DNA from: Actinomycetes bacterium
GTDB taxonomy: Bacteria > Actinomycetota > Actinomycetes > Propionibacteriales > Propionibacteriaceae
Reading direction: 5' to 3'
Length of the DNA stretch: 64,000 bases
Assembly (NCBI GenBank): GCA_023419175.1
Contig: JAEZYG010000057.1
Span: forward strand, 1,122-65,121
Shown here piece after piece: positions 9,804 through 21,419 of the stretch (position 1 is its first letter; each line of letters starts with the position of its first letter). Position numbers and translations under genes: made by a program. The notes beneath the pieces were generated by a model that searched no databases, was not told the DNA's origin, and saw only the letters and a program-made list of their open reading frames with translations.

Positions 9804-10957
9804 GAGATGATATCCACGCTCACTTTCCCGCTCTCCTGGGCACCCATCTCATCTGCAATGCGATGAGCCTCACGGATGAGACGATCGACGATCTCGCTCT
9901 CCGGCACGGTATCGATCACCTCGCCCTTCACGAAGATCTGTCCGCGTCCATTGCCAGAAGCGACTCCCAGATCGGCTTCCCGAGCTTCTCCAGGACCGTT
10001 GACGATACATCCCATCACCGCCACACGGATAGGAACAGTCATATCTTTCAAAGCCTCGGTGACCTGATTGGCCAAGGTATAGACATCGACTTGGGCTCGT
10101 CCGCAGCTAGGACATGAAACGATCTCAAATTGGCGTGGACGCAAGTTGAGAGATTCCAAAATCTTGATACCGACTTTCACTTCCTCCACAGGAGGAGCTG
10201 ACAAGGAGACGCGAATAGTGTCGCCGATTCCTTGAGAGAGCAGAGCTCCGAAAGCAACCGCCGATTTCACCGTTCCTTGAAAAGCTGGTCCAGCTTCGGT
10301 CACTCCAAGATGTAAGGGATAATCGCATGCCTCGGACAGACGTCGATAGGCATCGATCATGATGACAGGATCGTGATGTTTTACCGAGATACCGAAATCG
10401 TAGAAGCCCACCTGCTCGAAAAGAGCGGCTTCATTAAGAGCTGAGCGCACCAAAGCGCCGGCAGGATCTGTGGCATAAAGATCGTGGAGACGCTTATCTA
10501 AAGAACCTGCATTGATACCGATACGTAAAGCCGTACCGTGTTCAGACGCCTTCTCAGCAATCTGGGCAATCTTATCGTCAAATGCCTTGATGTTCCCAGG
10601 ATTAACCCTCACGCCAGCGCATCCGGCTTCGATCGCAGCAAAGACATAGCGAGGTTGGAAATGGATATCGGCGATAACTGGAATCTTCGATTGAGCAGCG
10701 ATAGCCGGCAAAGCATCGGCATCATCTTGGCTGGGGACAGCCACGCGGATGATATCGCATCCAGCGGCAGTCAGTTCAGCGATCTGCTGCAATGTGGCAT
10801 TGACATCGCTGGTCAACGTCGTCGTCATGGATTGGACAGTAATGGGGGCATCTCCACCCACTGCGGTAGAGCCCACGCGAACCTTGCGGGTAGGTCGCCG
10901 TGGAGATACTAGAGGCAGGTCATTTCGCTTCTGCGGCACACCTAGATTGATGCTCAT
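9800..10957 (-). CDS. ispG: 4-hydroxy-3-methylbut-2-en-1-yl diphosphate synthase
   Basis: [45 protein letters not shown]; start placed at MSINLG after AAGGA. Confidence 0.97.
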   Translation of the reverse strand: MSINLGVPQKRNDLPLVSPRRPTRKVRVGSTAVGGDAPITVQSMTTTLTSDVNATLQQIAELTAAGCDIIRVAVPSQDDADALPAIAAQSKIPVIADIHFQPRYVFAAIEAGCAGVRVNPGNIKAFDDKIAQIAEKASEHGTALRIGINAGSLDKRLHDLYATDPAGALVRSALNEAALFEQVGFYDFGISVKHHDPVIMIDAYRRLSEACDYPLHLGVTEAGPAFQGTVKSAVAFGALLSQGIGDTIRVSLSAPPVEEVKVGIKILESLNLRPRQFEIVSCPSCGRAQVDVYTLANQVTEALKDMTVPIRVAVMGCIVNGPGEAREADLGVASGNGRGQIFVKGEVIDTVPESEIVDRLIREAHRIADEMGAQESGKVSVDIIS

Positions 10958-11061
10958 CTCTCGCTTCCTTATTCTCGGCCTCCTCCAGAGTAGTCCATAG
11001 GACGAAGGCAACCATATTGAACTAGATAGACTTGCGCTATGCAGCGAGATCAGGAGCAGCG

Positions 11062-13131
11062 ATGATCCAATGGAATAACGTCAACGGATATCCATGGCAA
11101 ATCTATGACGATGCCACCACAGACGAAAATATCTATCGTCTCGGCATCGAAATAGACTATGGATTCATTGACGAAAAGCTTTCTGACTACGGTATTTTAG
11201 GTCATTCTCTGGGTGCTTTGGTGCGGGAATTGGAACGCCCTCTAGAGATGGGAAGGGTGGTTATTCCTCATGTTTCCATCCTTACCACTGGCATACGTAC
11301 AGCTATAGAATTCGTCGGCGCACCCCATATCGTCATCGCCTCATGGCGACGTCTCATGGAAATTTTTAACGACCCATCCTGTTTGGAATTGGGCTTACCC
11401 ATTGAATTCCCCCCACTCGCTTGGCCCCATTCCCTAGCAGTTCGGACGGGGGCATCGACAGCGACATTGGACCTTGCATCTTTCACACCTCTTAGCCATA
11501 CCCCCTATGGAGGACATGATCTCGATACGATCTGCCAGTTCATCTCCTTGCTAGCTCCTTGGAATAGGCGTTATAAGGTGTTGTGCTATGCCACCGATGA
11601 GCAGATCGCCGCTCAAGCCCAACAGATCCTTCACCAAGCGACTACGAAAAATGCCGATGCTCTCATCGCCCGTTTTCACCAAGACGATGATCCTCTTGCC
11701 TCTCTATCCTTTCCAAGCGCCCCTGAAGCTCAAGGGGATAATCCGAACTCTCGACTTCCTTTTTCCCTTGCCATTACAGATTTTGAACAAGAACGTCTCC
11801 CTCTGTTTTCAATTCTCATACCGATGAGCGCCAATTCCTTGGCGGCAATCTCAGCATGGCGCTATCTGATCGCCCGCAATCAGGTCGCCTACGATTTTGC
11901 AGCTCCAGTCGCTATTGAAATGGTGGAGACACGGGAGGGTATCTGCGCATCTTTCTTCATTCCGTCTAGGAATAGCCATGAGCAGATCATCACCCGTCTG
12001 CGAGATGATCTGCTTTTCTCACCCACATTAGATGACGAGGAATTGCTCGACGTCTTGGTGAATTTTACGGAAAGTTTCCACGAGGCGATCTGGATGAGAG
12101 GTAGCTATCTAGCCTGCGGTCGTCTAGACGATACAGTGCATCTTGATGATGTGAGAACTATCCTCACCACGGCATCTGAAAGCGCCCACCTCAGTTTCTT
12201 TCCCCTCACAGACGATGACAGCCATAGCGATACGAAAAACCTCTGTGAAAGCTATCCAATCTATCCCTATCCACATATAGACGACATACGCGTTCAACGC
12301 AGCTATTTTCTTACCTGCTCCCACTCGCTTGCTCCTCAGAATCAACCCATTCCCTACCGTCTCCATATAGGTGAACGAGGTATACAACTGAGTCTGATTC
12401 ACTCCTCTCAAGCCAAGACTCCGCCAAGCCAGAGAGCATTCCTCTATGAGCAGGTTATCTGCGCGATCGTTCATGGCAATGTCGCAATCACTGTGATCGA
12501 TCACACCATGCGAAAATCGACCATCCCTATCGACCTGGGAAGGGATAGTTTGACCCAAAAAGAGACGATTCTCAACGCGATACGTTCTGCCTCCCCCACA
12601 GCTCTCATCATCGAATCGGATATACCTATCGCCGATTCTTTCGCCCTTCTAAAGCCCGGCGTGAGCAAAATGCGACACTTCCTTCGAACGATAGTGGCGG
12701 TCGCGATCGCTGGGGCTCTTTGTCTAAACGCTCCCAGCGTAGCTATCACTGCTGTGAACTCTTGGAAAGCATCTAGCGCATACAGGATGTCTCTTTATGC
12801 CTCTCCTATCTTTCTATCGGACGGGATGAGCATGGAAATCTCCGATATTTCCTCCTCTCATAAAGAGCTCTCATTTAGCATGAACCTATGCGCTCAATCC
12901 GGTGATATATCCATCTCTCCAGATGAGATCTTGCACAATTTCATGCTCAAATACCCCGATGGAAGACTGCTATTACCTACCAATAGGCTCGATATGGACA
13001 CGATCGTCTTAGCTAGTGGCACATGCCATTCTTTGCCCCTTCATTTCGACTCCCCCGCATCTGACTCTCACGTCAGCTTGAACTATAGAAGTAGAAATGG
13101 TGAGGACGATATTGACTGGGAGCTGTCATGA
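11062..13131 (+). CDS. Hypothetical membrane protein: degenerate M16 (insulinase)-like N-terminus, single TM helix, C-terminal extracellular beta domain
   Basis: AGGAG RBS before ATG 11062; [16 protein letters not shown] resembles the M16 'GxxDExxxxxG' segment but there is no HxxEH; TM segment [12 protein letters not shown]. Confidence 0.6.
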   Translation: MIQWNNVNGYPWQIYDDATTDENIYRLGIEIDYGFIDEKLSDYGILGHSLGALVRELERPLEMGRVVIPHVSILTTGIRTAIEFVGAPHIVIASWRRLMEIFNDPSCLELGLPIEFPPLAWPHSLAVRTGASTATLDLASFTPLSHTPYGGHDLDTICQFISLLAPWNRRYKVLCYATDEQIAAQAQQILHQATTKNADALIARFHQDDDPLASLSFPSAPEAQGDNPNSRLPFSLAITDFEQERLPLFSILIPMSANSLAAISAWRYLIARNQVAYDFAAPVAIEMVETREGICASFFIPSRNSHEQIITRLRDDLLFSPTLDDEELLDVLVNFTESFHEAIWMRGSYLACGRLDDTVHLDDVRTILTTASESAHLSFFPLTDDDSHSDTKNLCESYPIYPYPHIDDIRVQRSYFLTCSHSLAPQNQPIPYRLHIGERGIQLSLIHSSQAKTPPSQRAFLYEQVICAIVHGNVAITVIDHTMRKSTIPIDLGRDSLTQKETILNAIRSASPTALIIESDIPIADSFALLKPGVSKMRHFLRTIVAVAIAGALCLNAPSVAITAVNSWKASSAYRMSLYASPIFLSDGMSMEISDISSSHKELSFSMNLCAQSGDISISPDEILHNFMLKYPDGRLLLPTNRLDMDTIVLASGTCHSLPLHFDSPASDSHVSLNYRSRNGEDDIDWELS

Positions 13132-15116
13132 TGCCCACACCAGATTTTTTGAATGAGAATCGCGATCAAGCATGGATTTTGCTTGCACATGACGATAAAG
13201 ACGATCTCAGCGACTCTCGATATTCACTCGATCTGTACTTTTCCTTCGGGTATTGTCATGAACCCATCAACGGTAACGGCGCTCTTATGGCCGTTTTAGC
13301 CTCCCTCTCTACCTATCTTGAGAAGGAAAAACGTCATGATGCTGAATATTCCATATCGCCAGCGATGTGCTATACGCAGATCACCATATCTGGCTCATCG
13401 CGTGCATGTATCGAATTAGCTGAATTAATTGAGCGATTCCTCACCCATTCCGATCTGATCTGGCATCATCTACCTACAGCTCCTCCCCCCGCCATGCCGT
13501 CTCGGATATGGATAGCAGACGATATCGTTCGCTTTGGAGCGATTTTCCCCATATGGCTTCCTCTCGATCGTGCAGAAATGGTCAATCGTGACGCTCTAGC
13601 CGCTGTGATCGAGGCGATCAACCCTCATCATCGGCGCTGTCGTTTCGTATGGACAAGCGATCATCCCAGCCTTCACCGTTGCGTATTCACAGATTTTTCC
13701 AATCGAGGGATCCTGCCTCTTCCTCCTTGTGAACCAATCCACGATCAAGCGGCTACTTTGCCTACGGGAGAAGCCCTTATGAGCTGCCTACTCCCCCATA
13801 ACCGTATCGGAGATTCCGCCTGCTCAATTATCAAATCGACATTCCAGCGCAGTCTTGGACGCTATTATCCGTCCGCCGGCAATATCAGCGTTCAGATCAC
13901 CTTTATCGATCACCGCTATCTGGTAACTTTCTATGCCGAATCTCTGCCCGCTCCGCTACGAACTGAGCTCTACCACGCTCTTTTCGCAGATATTCATCGA
14001 ATCAGCGATACCCTGATAACAAATTCTCTTATCTTTACTCCCCACAGTGAATCTCGCAATGCGGCACTGTTGCATCTCTATGCGGACTATAGCGATCCTG
14101 AACCCAGCTCGGCACAGGTGAAATATGCCATCGAGACGGCGATACGCTGCGCCCATATCAGGCAGATAGCTCATCAAGACGGCTACGACTATTCACCGCA
14201 TAAACCCATTGACCGCTCTCATCCCCATCGAGGGATCTGTGAGCATTCCCTAGGAAGTTATCCAGGCTATCCACCGATCCTGGAAAAGCGCCATGTCGAC
14301 CTTTCCACTCTACGAAAGATCCGATATCGACGCTATCTGTCCAATCCAGAACCGATCTTTCCTGGTTGGCTTTACGCAGACGCCTCTCGCGGCATCGTGG
14401 TTCGATATGGCATGTTGCAAATTCCTCCCACGATCATCTATCTATCCGAGGTGATCACGCAGATCCGCAGCCAGCACTATATCTCTCTCATCGATCGATA
14501 TGGACAGATCATCACGATCCCCATTGCCAAACATCGACGATCGGATATCCGATATCTCGATCACGCCTACCGACGCCATTGTCCACAGGCGGGATCGATT
14601 AACCTTATCGATACGGTAGATATCCCCATCACCTTTTCGATCAGGCGCAATATCGTCACCACACTGATCGCTTTCCTCCTTGCCGGTGTACTAATGGCTC
14701 TTCCACGCCTCCCCGATTTTATGAAAGATCACTACTCCTTATCTCATGAGATCATTCACGTCGATGAAAAAACGAAAGTCGCTCTCCCGAATGAAACGAC
14801 CATTTCTATCGACGAGATCGAGTACGTACACCCCTATCTCCAAGATGTGCCCATCACTTTCACAGTTCATATCTGCTCAACAGATTCAGCCCAAAATCCC
14901 CATGAGATAAGCGATCCCTCATCGTTTAGGATCATCAATTACGATGGAGAGGTCATTGCGGGAGAATTCTTAGAACCATCACCTCATAGTCATGATGGAA
15001 ATTGTGTGACTATTCACAATTCTTACCGCATTGATGACGATTTACCAGATCTGTATGGTCTGCAGGTGGGATACCGTTACGATGAGGGCAAAGAGATCTA
15101 TTGGAGGCAGGTCTGA
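13128..15116 (+). CDS. Hypothetical membrane protein, probable paralog of the upstream gene (degenerate M16-like, TM, extracellular domain)
   Basis: ATGA overlap with the upstream stop; YFSFGYCHEPINGNGAL M16-like segment; TM segment IVTTLIAFLLAGVLMAL; ends ...VGYRYDEGKEIYW. Confidence 0.6.
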   Translation: MMPTPDFLNENRDQAWILLAHDDKDDLSDSRYSLDLYFSFGYCHEPINGNGALMAVLASLSTYLEKEKRHDAEYSISPAMCYTQITISGSSRACIELAELIERFLTHSDLIWHHLPTAPPPAMPSRIWIADDIVRFGAIFPIWLPLDRAEMVNRDALAAVIEAINPHHRRCRFVWTSDHPSLHRCVFTDFSNRGILPLPPCEPIHDQAATLPTGEALMSCLLPHNRIGDSACSIIKSTFQRSLGRYYPSAGNISVQITFIDHRYLVTFYAESLPAPLRTELYHALFADIHRISDTLITNSLIFTPHSESRNAALLHLYADYSDPEPSSAQVKYAIETAIRCAHIRQIAHQDGYDYSPHKPIDRSHPHRGICEHSLGSYPGYPPILEKRHVDLSTLRKIRYRRYLSNPEPIFPGWLYADASRGIVVRYGMLQIPPTIIYLSEVITQIRSQHYISLIDRYGQIITIPIAKHRRSDIRYLDHAYRRHCPQAGSINLIDTVDIPITFSIRRNIVTTLIAFLLAGVLMALPRLPDFMKDHYSLSHEIIHVDEKTKVALPNETTISIDEIEYVHPYLQDVPITFTVHICSTDSAQNPHEISDPSSFRIINYDGEVIAGEFLEPSPHSHDGNCVTIHNSYRIDDDLPDLYGLQVGYRYDEGKEIYWRQV

Positions 15117-16255
15117 TGGATTCAACTCCCCTGAGCGCATGTGACATCGACTCCTATGAGCGCTGGCATGACCATATCTCAACGGTTGCTTCTTTGAGAC
15201 GATGCACTATCCAATCCTTAGATCTCAGCGATGAGGATCTGTCGGATATCGACATGGAAGGTGCGGTCTTTCTCGGCTGTCAACTTCCGTCTGGAATGAT
15301 CGATACGATGAGACAGAAAGGTGCGTTGATCTTCCCCGCCTTCGACAATCTTCCTTTTAATGCCTACCGCTCACACCTCTATGAAGCCGATGAACTCTAC
15401 GATGCAATCTTTTCTGGCAATCTCTATGCCGATACCGCCGATGCTCGTATCTATTCGTGGACGAGATCGCTCCATACTCCCTCCCCAATTCATGCAACCT
15501 TGGCGATGAGTCTGCACGATCATGCGATCAGCACAGCTCTTGAAGAATATTTAAGGGATATCGATTTTCACTCGACGGTTGGCGTAATGGGCGGACACGC
15601 CTATGAGCGCGGAAGTGACGACTATGTGGGAGCTGTCCGTCTGGGATCTCAACTTGCCCTCCACGGATTTACCGTCTTGACCGGCGGAGGTCCTGGAGCG
15701 ATGGAAGCGACAAATCTGGGAGCCTATCTAGCAGGACGCTATCCCGTTTTGGTATCCGCTATCGACCATCTCGCTTCGATCCCCACATTCCATACCGACT
15801 CGACAGCATGGGTTGCATCAGCATTGGAAATCCGCGCCCAATTTCCTCCAAGCGCTCCGTCCATCTCCGTCCCCACCTGGTATTACGGACATGAACCATC
15901 CAATGTCTTTTCAACGCATATCGCCAAATATTTCTCCAATGCGATCCGCGAAGACATGCTCCTTCAACAATGCCGGGCAGGAATCGTCTTCTTACCGGGA
16001 GCAGCAGGAACAGTTCAAGAGATCTTCCAGGCTGCAACGAGCAATTTCTACTGCGCCGATCCTGAAAAGATCACTCCGATGATTTTCGTTGGAAAGGATC
16101 ACTGGCTTAAGGACTTGCCCGCTTGGCCTTTACTTTCTTCCCTTGCCAGCGGACGAATGTCCGATGCTATCGCCCTCGTAGATGATATCGATGATGCCGT
16201 CGCCTGGTTGAATGACCACCGCAACAGGCGTCAGCACTCATCTGAAGAATCGTGA
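15116..16255 (+). CDS. LOG-family (Rossmann-fold) nucleotide-binding protein
   Basis: VGVMGGH, TGGGPGAMEA, PTWYYGHEP, FLPGAAGTVQE motifs; TGATG overlap with the upstream gene. Confidence 0.85.
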   Translation: MDSTPLSACDIDSYERWHDHISTVASLRRCTIQSLDLSDEDLSDIDMEGAVFLGCQLPSGMIDTMRQKGALIFPAFDNLPFNAYRSHLYEADELYDAIFSGNLYADTADARIYSWTRSLHTPSPIHATLAMSLHDHAISTALEEYLRDIDFHSTVGVMGGHAYERGSDDYVGAVRLGSQLALHGFTVLTGGGPGAMEATNLGAYLAGRYPVLVSAIDHLASIPTFHTDSTAWVASALEIRAQFPPSAPSISVPTWYYGHEPSNVFSTHIAKYFSNAIREDMLLQQCRAGIVFLPGAAGTVQEIFQAATSNFYCADPEKITPMIFVGKDHWLKDLPAWPLLSSLASGRMSDAIALVDDIDDAVAWLNDHRNRRQHSSEES

Positions 16256-17391
16256 TCTTTAGAAGATAGAGCATCTTTGACAGCGCTCGCCAACTGTCCG
16301 CATGCTCCGTCAATATCTTGTCCGCGAGATTCCCTGATCGTTACCGGCACTCCAGCTGCCTCCAGACGAGCAACGAACTCCCTCTCGTCTTGTGGATCCG
16401 AACGAGTCCACTGAGAACCTGGAGTGGGATTGAGTGGGATCAAATTCACATGGAACCATCCCCAATCCCCTCTTGACTTCAGCTTCTTAGCCAGAAGATC
16501 CGCCCGCCATGCCTGATCGTTCATCTTGCGAATCATGATGTATTCAATCGAGACGCGCCGTTTCGTCTCACGGGCATAATCCCATGCGGCATCGAGAATC
16601 TGATCGACTTTGAAATGTTTATTCAAAGGAACGAGTTCGTCGCGCAATTCATCGTCCGGGGCGTGGAGGGAAACCGCCAAAGTCAGCGGGAGAGATTCAC
16701 GAGCCATCTGCTGAATACGCGGAACCATTCCCACGGTGGAGACGGTGATCCCACGCGCTGAAATTCCTAAACCATCAGGAACAGGAGCGTTAAGAATACG
16801 GATCGCCTTCATCACATCGCGATAATTTGCCATCGGCTCACCCATCCCCATGAAGACGATATTGGTGATATGGCGCGCGCTGGTCGGATATTGTCCTGAG
16901 CGAAGACGTCTCTCAGCTTCATAGACTTGCCATACGATCTCGGCGGTGGTCAGATTGCGCTGCAATCCACCTTGTCCGGTGGCGCAGAAAGGACAATTCA
17001 TTCCACAGCCCGCCTCAGATGAAATACAGATCGTCGCACGATCCGGATAGAGCATGATAACCGATTCAATCACCACACCATCAAAAGCTTTCCATGCGAT
17101 CTTGATCGTGGTACCCCGATCGGCTTTCTGCTCGAAAATCACCTCTAGAAGAGGAGGGAAAAGCTCATCGGCGAGGCGAGTTCTCAAAGTAGCGGGTAGA
17201 TCCGTCCACGAATCCACGTCCGGATTGAGACGTTGAAAAAGCTGAGTGGAGATCTGCTTCGCTCTAAATTTCGGCAACCCTAAAGTGGACATGACCGTCA
17301 AACGCTCATCTGGCTCTAAATCCATCCAATGCAGCGGCGGTTTTTTAGGACTGCGGAATTTTCCTGTCAGATCAATTGAATCCTGAAGCAT
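16231..17391 (-). CDS. rlmN: 23S rRNA/tRNA m2A methyltransferase (radical SAM)
   Basis: CGMNCPFC, FMGMGEP, SLHAP, VNLIPLNP, DIDGACGQL. Confidence 0.97.
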   Translation of the reverse strand: MLQDSIDLTGKFRSPKKPPLHWMDLEPDERLTVMSTLGLPKFRAKQISTQLFQRLNPDVDSWTDLPATLRTRLADELFPPLLEVIFEQKADRGTTIKIAWKAFDGVVIESVIMLYPDRATICISSEAGCGMNCPFCATGQGGLQRNLTTAEIVWQVYEAERRLRSGQYPTSARHITNIVFMGMGEPMANYRDVMKAIRILNAPVPDGLGISARGITVSTVGMVPRIQQMARESLPLTLAVSLHAPDDELRDELVPLNKHFKVDQILDAAWDYARETKRRVSIEYIMIRKMNDQAWRADLLAKKLKSRGDWGWFHVNLIPLNPTPGSQWTRSDPQDEREFVARLEAAGVPVTIRESRGQDIDGACGQLASAVKDALSSKDHDSSDEC

Positions 17392-17398
17392 ATCGTCC

Positions 17399-18319
17399 TC
17401 AGACTAAAAGCAACATCGACAACCACGCCACAGGAGCGGCGACTAAAAGGGAATCGAGACGATCCATCGCCCCTCCATGACCAGGCAATATCGTACTCAT
17501 ATCCTTGATAGCAACATCGCGTTTCATCATCGATTCGACCAGATCACCTACAGCCCCAGCGATTGCGAGGAGAGCTCCGATAAGCGCTCCCGCCCAATGG
17601 CTTGCCCCCACCATAGCCGGGGCTAGGAAAGCTGTCACCACAGAGGTGATGACGATAGAGCCGATGAAGCCTTCCCAGGTCTTACCAGGGGAAATATGTG
17701 GAGCCATCTTATGACGTCCGATGAGAATACCGGTTGCAAAAGCCGCCGTATCGCTACATGAGATCACTAGGAAATACAAAGCGACGCGCATATGTCCATT
17801 GGGTTGAGCCAAGAGCAAGGTGACCATTGACAAGAGTAACGGTAGATAGCTGATGACCAAACCGCTCCCGGCGATATCCGATAGATATCCTTTGACAGGT
17901 CCTTTAAGACGCAAAAGAACGCTGGCGACCACCATCACAGACAATCCCGCCAAGACAGCTATTAATCCGCTCGTTTCTGAGAAATGATCCGCCATGAAAT
18001 AGGCGATTCCAACCGTCAGTGGCCCCCCGATAAGGATAGGGGACGAGACCGCATTGAGACCTGCCTTCGACAAGGCGATGACCATCTCATAGGAGCCGAC
18101 AGCGACACACGCCATGAGGAAGATGACGAAACCCCAGTGCCACCAGAGCAAAGAGCCGACAATCCACGCCAACAAGATCAGAGCGACTGCGATAGCTGCA
18201 GGCAGATTGCGACCTGGATTGCGTCTCCTCGTAACTCCTAGAGATGTGTTGGATATCGACTCATCATTCGATGCTGTCTGATCTATAGACGAAACAGCAT
18301 CAGACTGCCATGAGCTCAA
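17399..18319 (-). CDS. cdsA: Phosphatidate cytidylyltransferase (start uncertain)
   Basis: SDTAAF, ISPGKTWEG, GDLVESMMKR, PGHGGAMDRLDS. Confidence 0.93.
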   Translation of the reverse strand: MSSWQSDAVSSIDQTASNDESISNTSLGVTRRRNPGRNLPAAIAVALILLAWIVGSLLWWHWGFVIFLMACVAVGSYEMVIALSKAGLNAVSSPILIGGPLTVGIAYFMADHFSETSGLIAVLAGLSVMVVASVLLRLKGPVKGYLSDIAGSGLVISYLPLLLSMVTLLLAQPNGHMRVALYFLVISCSDTAAFATGILIGRHKMAPHISPGKTWEGFIGSIVITSVVTAFLAPAMVGASHWAGALIGALLAIAGAVGDLVESMMKRDVAIKDMSTILPGHGGAMDRLDSLLVAAPVAWLSMLLLV

Positions 18320-18857
18320 CTTCTTTAGCCTTCAGCAAGTTATCGATCGATTCGGTGGCTTTCTTCGTCTCATCGTCGAGTTTCTTCTCAGCGCGTTTAG
18401 CCTCGTCCTCGCCGATTTCCTTATCCTTCTCCGCCTTCTTCACCTGATCGATAGCGCTACGACGGATATTGCGAATAGCCACACGGGCTTCTTCTGCCTT
18501 ACCGCGGACGATCTTGATGTAATCCTTGCGACGTTCTTCGGTGAGTTCAGGCAATACTACGCGGATATTATTGCCGTCAATCGCCGGATTGACGCCCAGA
18601 TCGGAATTGCGGATGGCATTGGCGATGGCATTGACGCTGCTGGCATCGAAAGGAGTGACGAGCATGACGCGCGGTTCAGGAGATTGAAAGGTCGCCAACT
18701 GCTGCAACGGAGTAGGAGTGCCGTAATATTCGGCTTCCAGCTTGTTGAACATAGCGGGATTGGCTCGTCCGGTACGAACGCTTGCAAAGTCCTCTTGAGC
18801 AAATTCAATGGCGCCTTGCATACGCTTGGCGGCATCTTTAATGATGGTGTCGATCAC
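18300..18857 (-). CDS. frr: Ribosome recycling factor
   Basis: RTGRANP, YYGTPTPL, PELTEERRK, RVAIRNIRR. Confidence 0.98.
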   Translation of the reverse strand: MIDTIIKDAAKRMQGAIEFAQEDFASVRTGRANPAMFNKLEAEYYGTPTPLQQLATFQSPEPRVMLVTPFDASSVNAIANAIRNSDLGVNPAIDGNNIRVVLPELTEERRKDYIKIVRGKAEEARVAIRNIRRSAIDQVKKAEKDKEIGEDEAKRAEKKLDDETKKATESIDNLLKAKEVELMAV

Positions 18858-18892
18858 AGCTTTCCTTCCCAGTAATTATTCACACTCTACCC

Positions 18893-19606
18893 TCAGGCAT
18901 GCACCCAGGTGCCGATCTTCTCTTTCGCCACAGCGCGAGCGATATTGCGTTCGTCATCGAGAGCGAAGAAGAGCATATCGAGTTTGTTATCTCGCGCAAG
19001 ACTGATCGCCGTCGCATCAGCTACTTTAAGCCCCTTGGCGAGGAATTCGTCATAGGTCAATTCCTCATATCGTCTGGCCTCGGGGTTGGTATCGGGATCG
19101 GCATCATAGACCCCGTCCACTCCATTCTTCGCCATGAGAAGCACTTCAGCGCCGATCTCCAAAGCGCGTTGAGCAGCTACCGTATCGGTGGAAAAATATG
19201 GCATTCCCGACCCTGCACCGAAGATGACGACGCGTCCCTTCTCCAGATGCCGTTCCGCCCGACGCGGAATATAGGGCTCAGCTACCTGCCCCATCGCGAT
19301 AGCAGTCTGAACGCGTGTGCTCACCCCGGCTTTTTCGCAGAAATCTTGTAAAGCCAAAGAATTCATCACCGTGCCTAACATACCCATATAGTCGGCACGA
19401 TCGCGATCCATACCTCCTTGCTGAAGCTGAGCTCCACGGAAGTAATTTCCTCCGCCGACGACGACAGCGACCTGTGTACCTTCATGGACGATCTCGGCAA
19501 TTTGAGTCGCAACAGCGCGGACGATCTGTGGATCAACCCCCAATTTTCCTCCGCCGAACGCCTCTCCTGATAATTTCAACAGCACACGGTGATATGGCTG
19601 TGGCAT
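18893..19606 (-). CDS. pyrH: UMP kinase
   Basis: [40 protein letters not shown] before ATG 19606. Confidence 0.97.
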   Translation of the reverse strand: MPQPYHRVLLKLSGEAFGGGKLGVDPQIVRAVATQIAEIVHEGTQVAVVVGGGNYFRGAQLQQGGMDRDRADYMGMLGTVMNSLALQDFCEKAGVSTRVQTAIAMGQVAEPYIPRRAERHLEKGRVVIFGAGSGMPYFSTDTVAAQRALEIGAEVLLMAKNGVDGVYDADPDTNPEARRYEELTYDEFLAKGLKVADATAISLARDNKLDMLFFALDDERNIARAVAKEKIGTWVHA

Positions 19607-19709
19607 CTTGCCTCCCATAGGTCATGCCGTTTATCGGCATTTTGATTCAGATTCTATCCTCTTTGACCATGTCACGTGGACAGGTACGCAAAGCAGGTAT
19701 AGGGGCATG

Positions 19710-19740
19710 GAAAAGGGCCACCGCAAGCGGTGACCCCTTC
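19710..19740 (-). terminator. Intrinsic terminator after tsf
   Basis: On the - strand GGGTCACCGC-tt-GCGGTGGCCC followed by TTTT. Confidence 0.7.
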
Positions 19741-19751
19741 CACTAAAATGA

Positions 19752-20561
19752 TCAGGCTCCGACAACGAAGCGGACGAAACGGCGAATCGTAATACCGCTA
19801 TCCTTGGCAAGCTGACCGATGGTCTTCTTATCGTCGGAGATAGACGCCTGCTCCAGCAGACATGCCTCCTTGTAGAAGCCCTTCAAGCGTCCCTCGACAA
19901 TCTTCGGGATGATATTTTCAGGCTTGCCCTCTTCCTTGGCAGTCTCAGCGGCGATACGCTGTTCGCGCTCCACGATCTCGGCAGGCACGTCCTCGATAGA
20001 GACGTAATCGGGACGCATGGAGGCGATTTGCAAAGCGACAGTGTGGACGAATTCAGCGTCCTCACCTTCATATTCCACCATGACGCCTACCTGCGGAGGA
20101 AGATCCTGGCTGCGCTTGTGCAGATAGGTATGGACATTGCCCTCGAAATAGGCAACATGAGCCAATTCCAGCTTCTCACCGATCTTGGCTTCCAAGACGC
20201 CGATGGCATCGGCTACGGTCTCTCCGTCCAAGGGAAGAGCCTTGGCAGTCTCAACATCGGCAGCCTTGCCCTCATTGACGGCGGCGACGATCTTAGTAGC
20301 GAGATCGACGAATTCAGCATTCTTAGCAACAAAGTCGGTCTCGGAGCCGAATTGGATCAACGCATTGCCTTCAGCTGCGACCAGACCATTGCTCGCCTGA
20401 CGGTCGGAGCGCTTCGCAGCTTTAGCCGCACCTGCAACGCGCAAAATCTCAGTAGCGCGCTCGAAATCCCCCTCAGCTTCGGTGAGAGCCTTCTTGGCGT
20501 CCATCATGCCGGCGCCGGTGAGATCGCGCAGCTTCTTCACATCAGCAGCAGTAATAGCCAT
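19752..20561 (-). CDS. tsf: Elongation factor Ts
   Basis: VKKLRDLTGAGMMDAKKAL, ETDFVAKN, GKPENIIPKIVEGR. Confidence 0.98.
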   Translation of the reverse strand: MAITAADVKKLRDLTGAGMMDAKKALTEAEGDFERATEILRVAGAAKAAKRSDRQASNGLVAAEGNALIQFGSETDFVAKNAEFVDLATKIVAAVNEGKAADVETAKALPLDGETVADAIGVLEAKIGEKLELAHVAYFEGNVHTYLHKRSQDLPPQVGVMVEYEGEDAEFVHTVALQIASMRPDYVSIEDVPAEIVEREQRIAAETAKEEGKPENIIPKIVEGRLKGFYKEACLLEQASISDDKKTIGQLAKDSGITIRRFVRFVVGA

Positions 20562-20592
20562 CTGTTTTATCCTCTATAACGGTAATCGGTGA

Positions 20593-21417
20593 TCAGTTGG
20601 ACTGCTCGGCAGATTCAGCCGGAGCGGATGGAGCGTCCTCAGCAGGCTTAGCTTCGGAATTTTCAAGCAATTCACGCTCCCAATCGGCCATCGGCTGCGC
20701 ATCTGCTTGATCTCCATTGGCGTTAGCGGAACGAGCCATGAGACCTTCAGCGACAGCGTCAGCGATAATGCGGGTCAGCAGGGAAACTGAACGGATGGAG
20801 TCATCGTTGCCAGGAATTGGGTGATCGACCTCATCGGGATCGCAGTTGGTATCCAAAATGGCGACAACCGGGATGCGCAACTTGCGAGCCTCATCGATGG
20901 CGAGATGCTCTTTCTTGGTATCGACAACCCAGACTGCCTGCGGCACCTTGGCCATATCACGGATACCGCCGAGAGATTTTGCGAGCTTGTCCTTCTCGCG
21001 GCTCAAGCCGAGCAGTTCCTTCTTGGTCAAACCACCAGGAACCACATTGTCCAAATCCATGGCTTCCAATTCCTTCAGGCGCGAAATACGCTTGGAAATG
21101 GTCTGGAAGTTGGTGAGCATACCGCCAAGCCAGCGCTGGTTGACATAGGGCATTCCCACGCGGGTTGCCTGCTCGGCAATGGACTGCTGAGCTTGCTTCT
21201 TGGTGCCGACAAAGAGAACCTGTCCACCGCGAGCAGCGATATTCTTAACGAATTCATAAGCCATATCGATGTACTTCAACGACTGGCGAAGATCGATGAT
21301 ATAGGTGCCATTGCGCTCATTGAAGATGAAACGCTTCATCTTCGGATTCCAACGGCGGGTCTGATGTCCGAAGTGGACACCGCTTTCAAGTAGCTGGCGA
21401 GTGGTTACGACTGCCAT
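20593..21417 (-). CDS. rpsB: 30S ribosomal protein S2
   Basis: [29 protein letters not shown]. Confidence 0.99.
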   Translation of the reverse strand: MAVVTTRQLLESGVHFGHQTRRWNPKMKRFIFNERNGTYIIDLRQSLKYIDMAYEFVKNIAARGGQVLFVGTKKQAQQSIAEQATRVGMPYVNQRWLGGMLTNFQTISKRISRLKELEAMDLDNVVPGGLTKKELLGLSREKDKLAKSLGGIRDMAKVPQAVWVVDTKKEHLAIDEARKLRIPVVAILDTNCDPDEVDHPIPGNDDSIRSVSLLTRIIADAVAEGLMARSANANGDQADAQPMADWERELLENSEAKPAEDAPSAPAESAEQSN

Positions 21418-21419
21418 AT

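Noticed and set aside
16231..16255. 25-nt convergent overlap of the LOG gene and rlmN
   Set aside because: Short tail-to-tail overlaps are common in compact genomes
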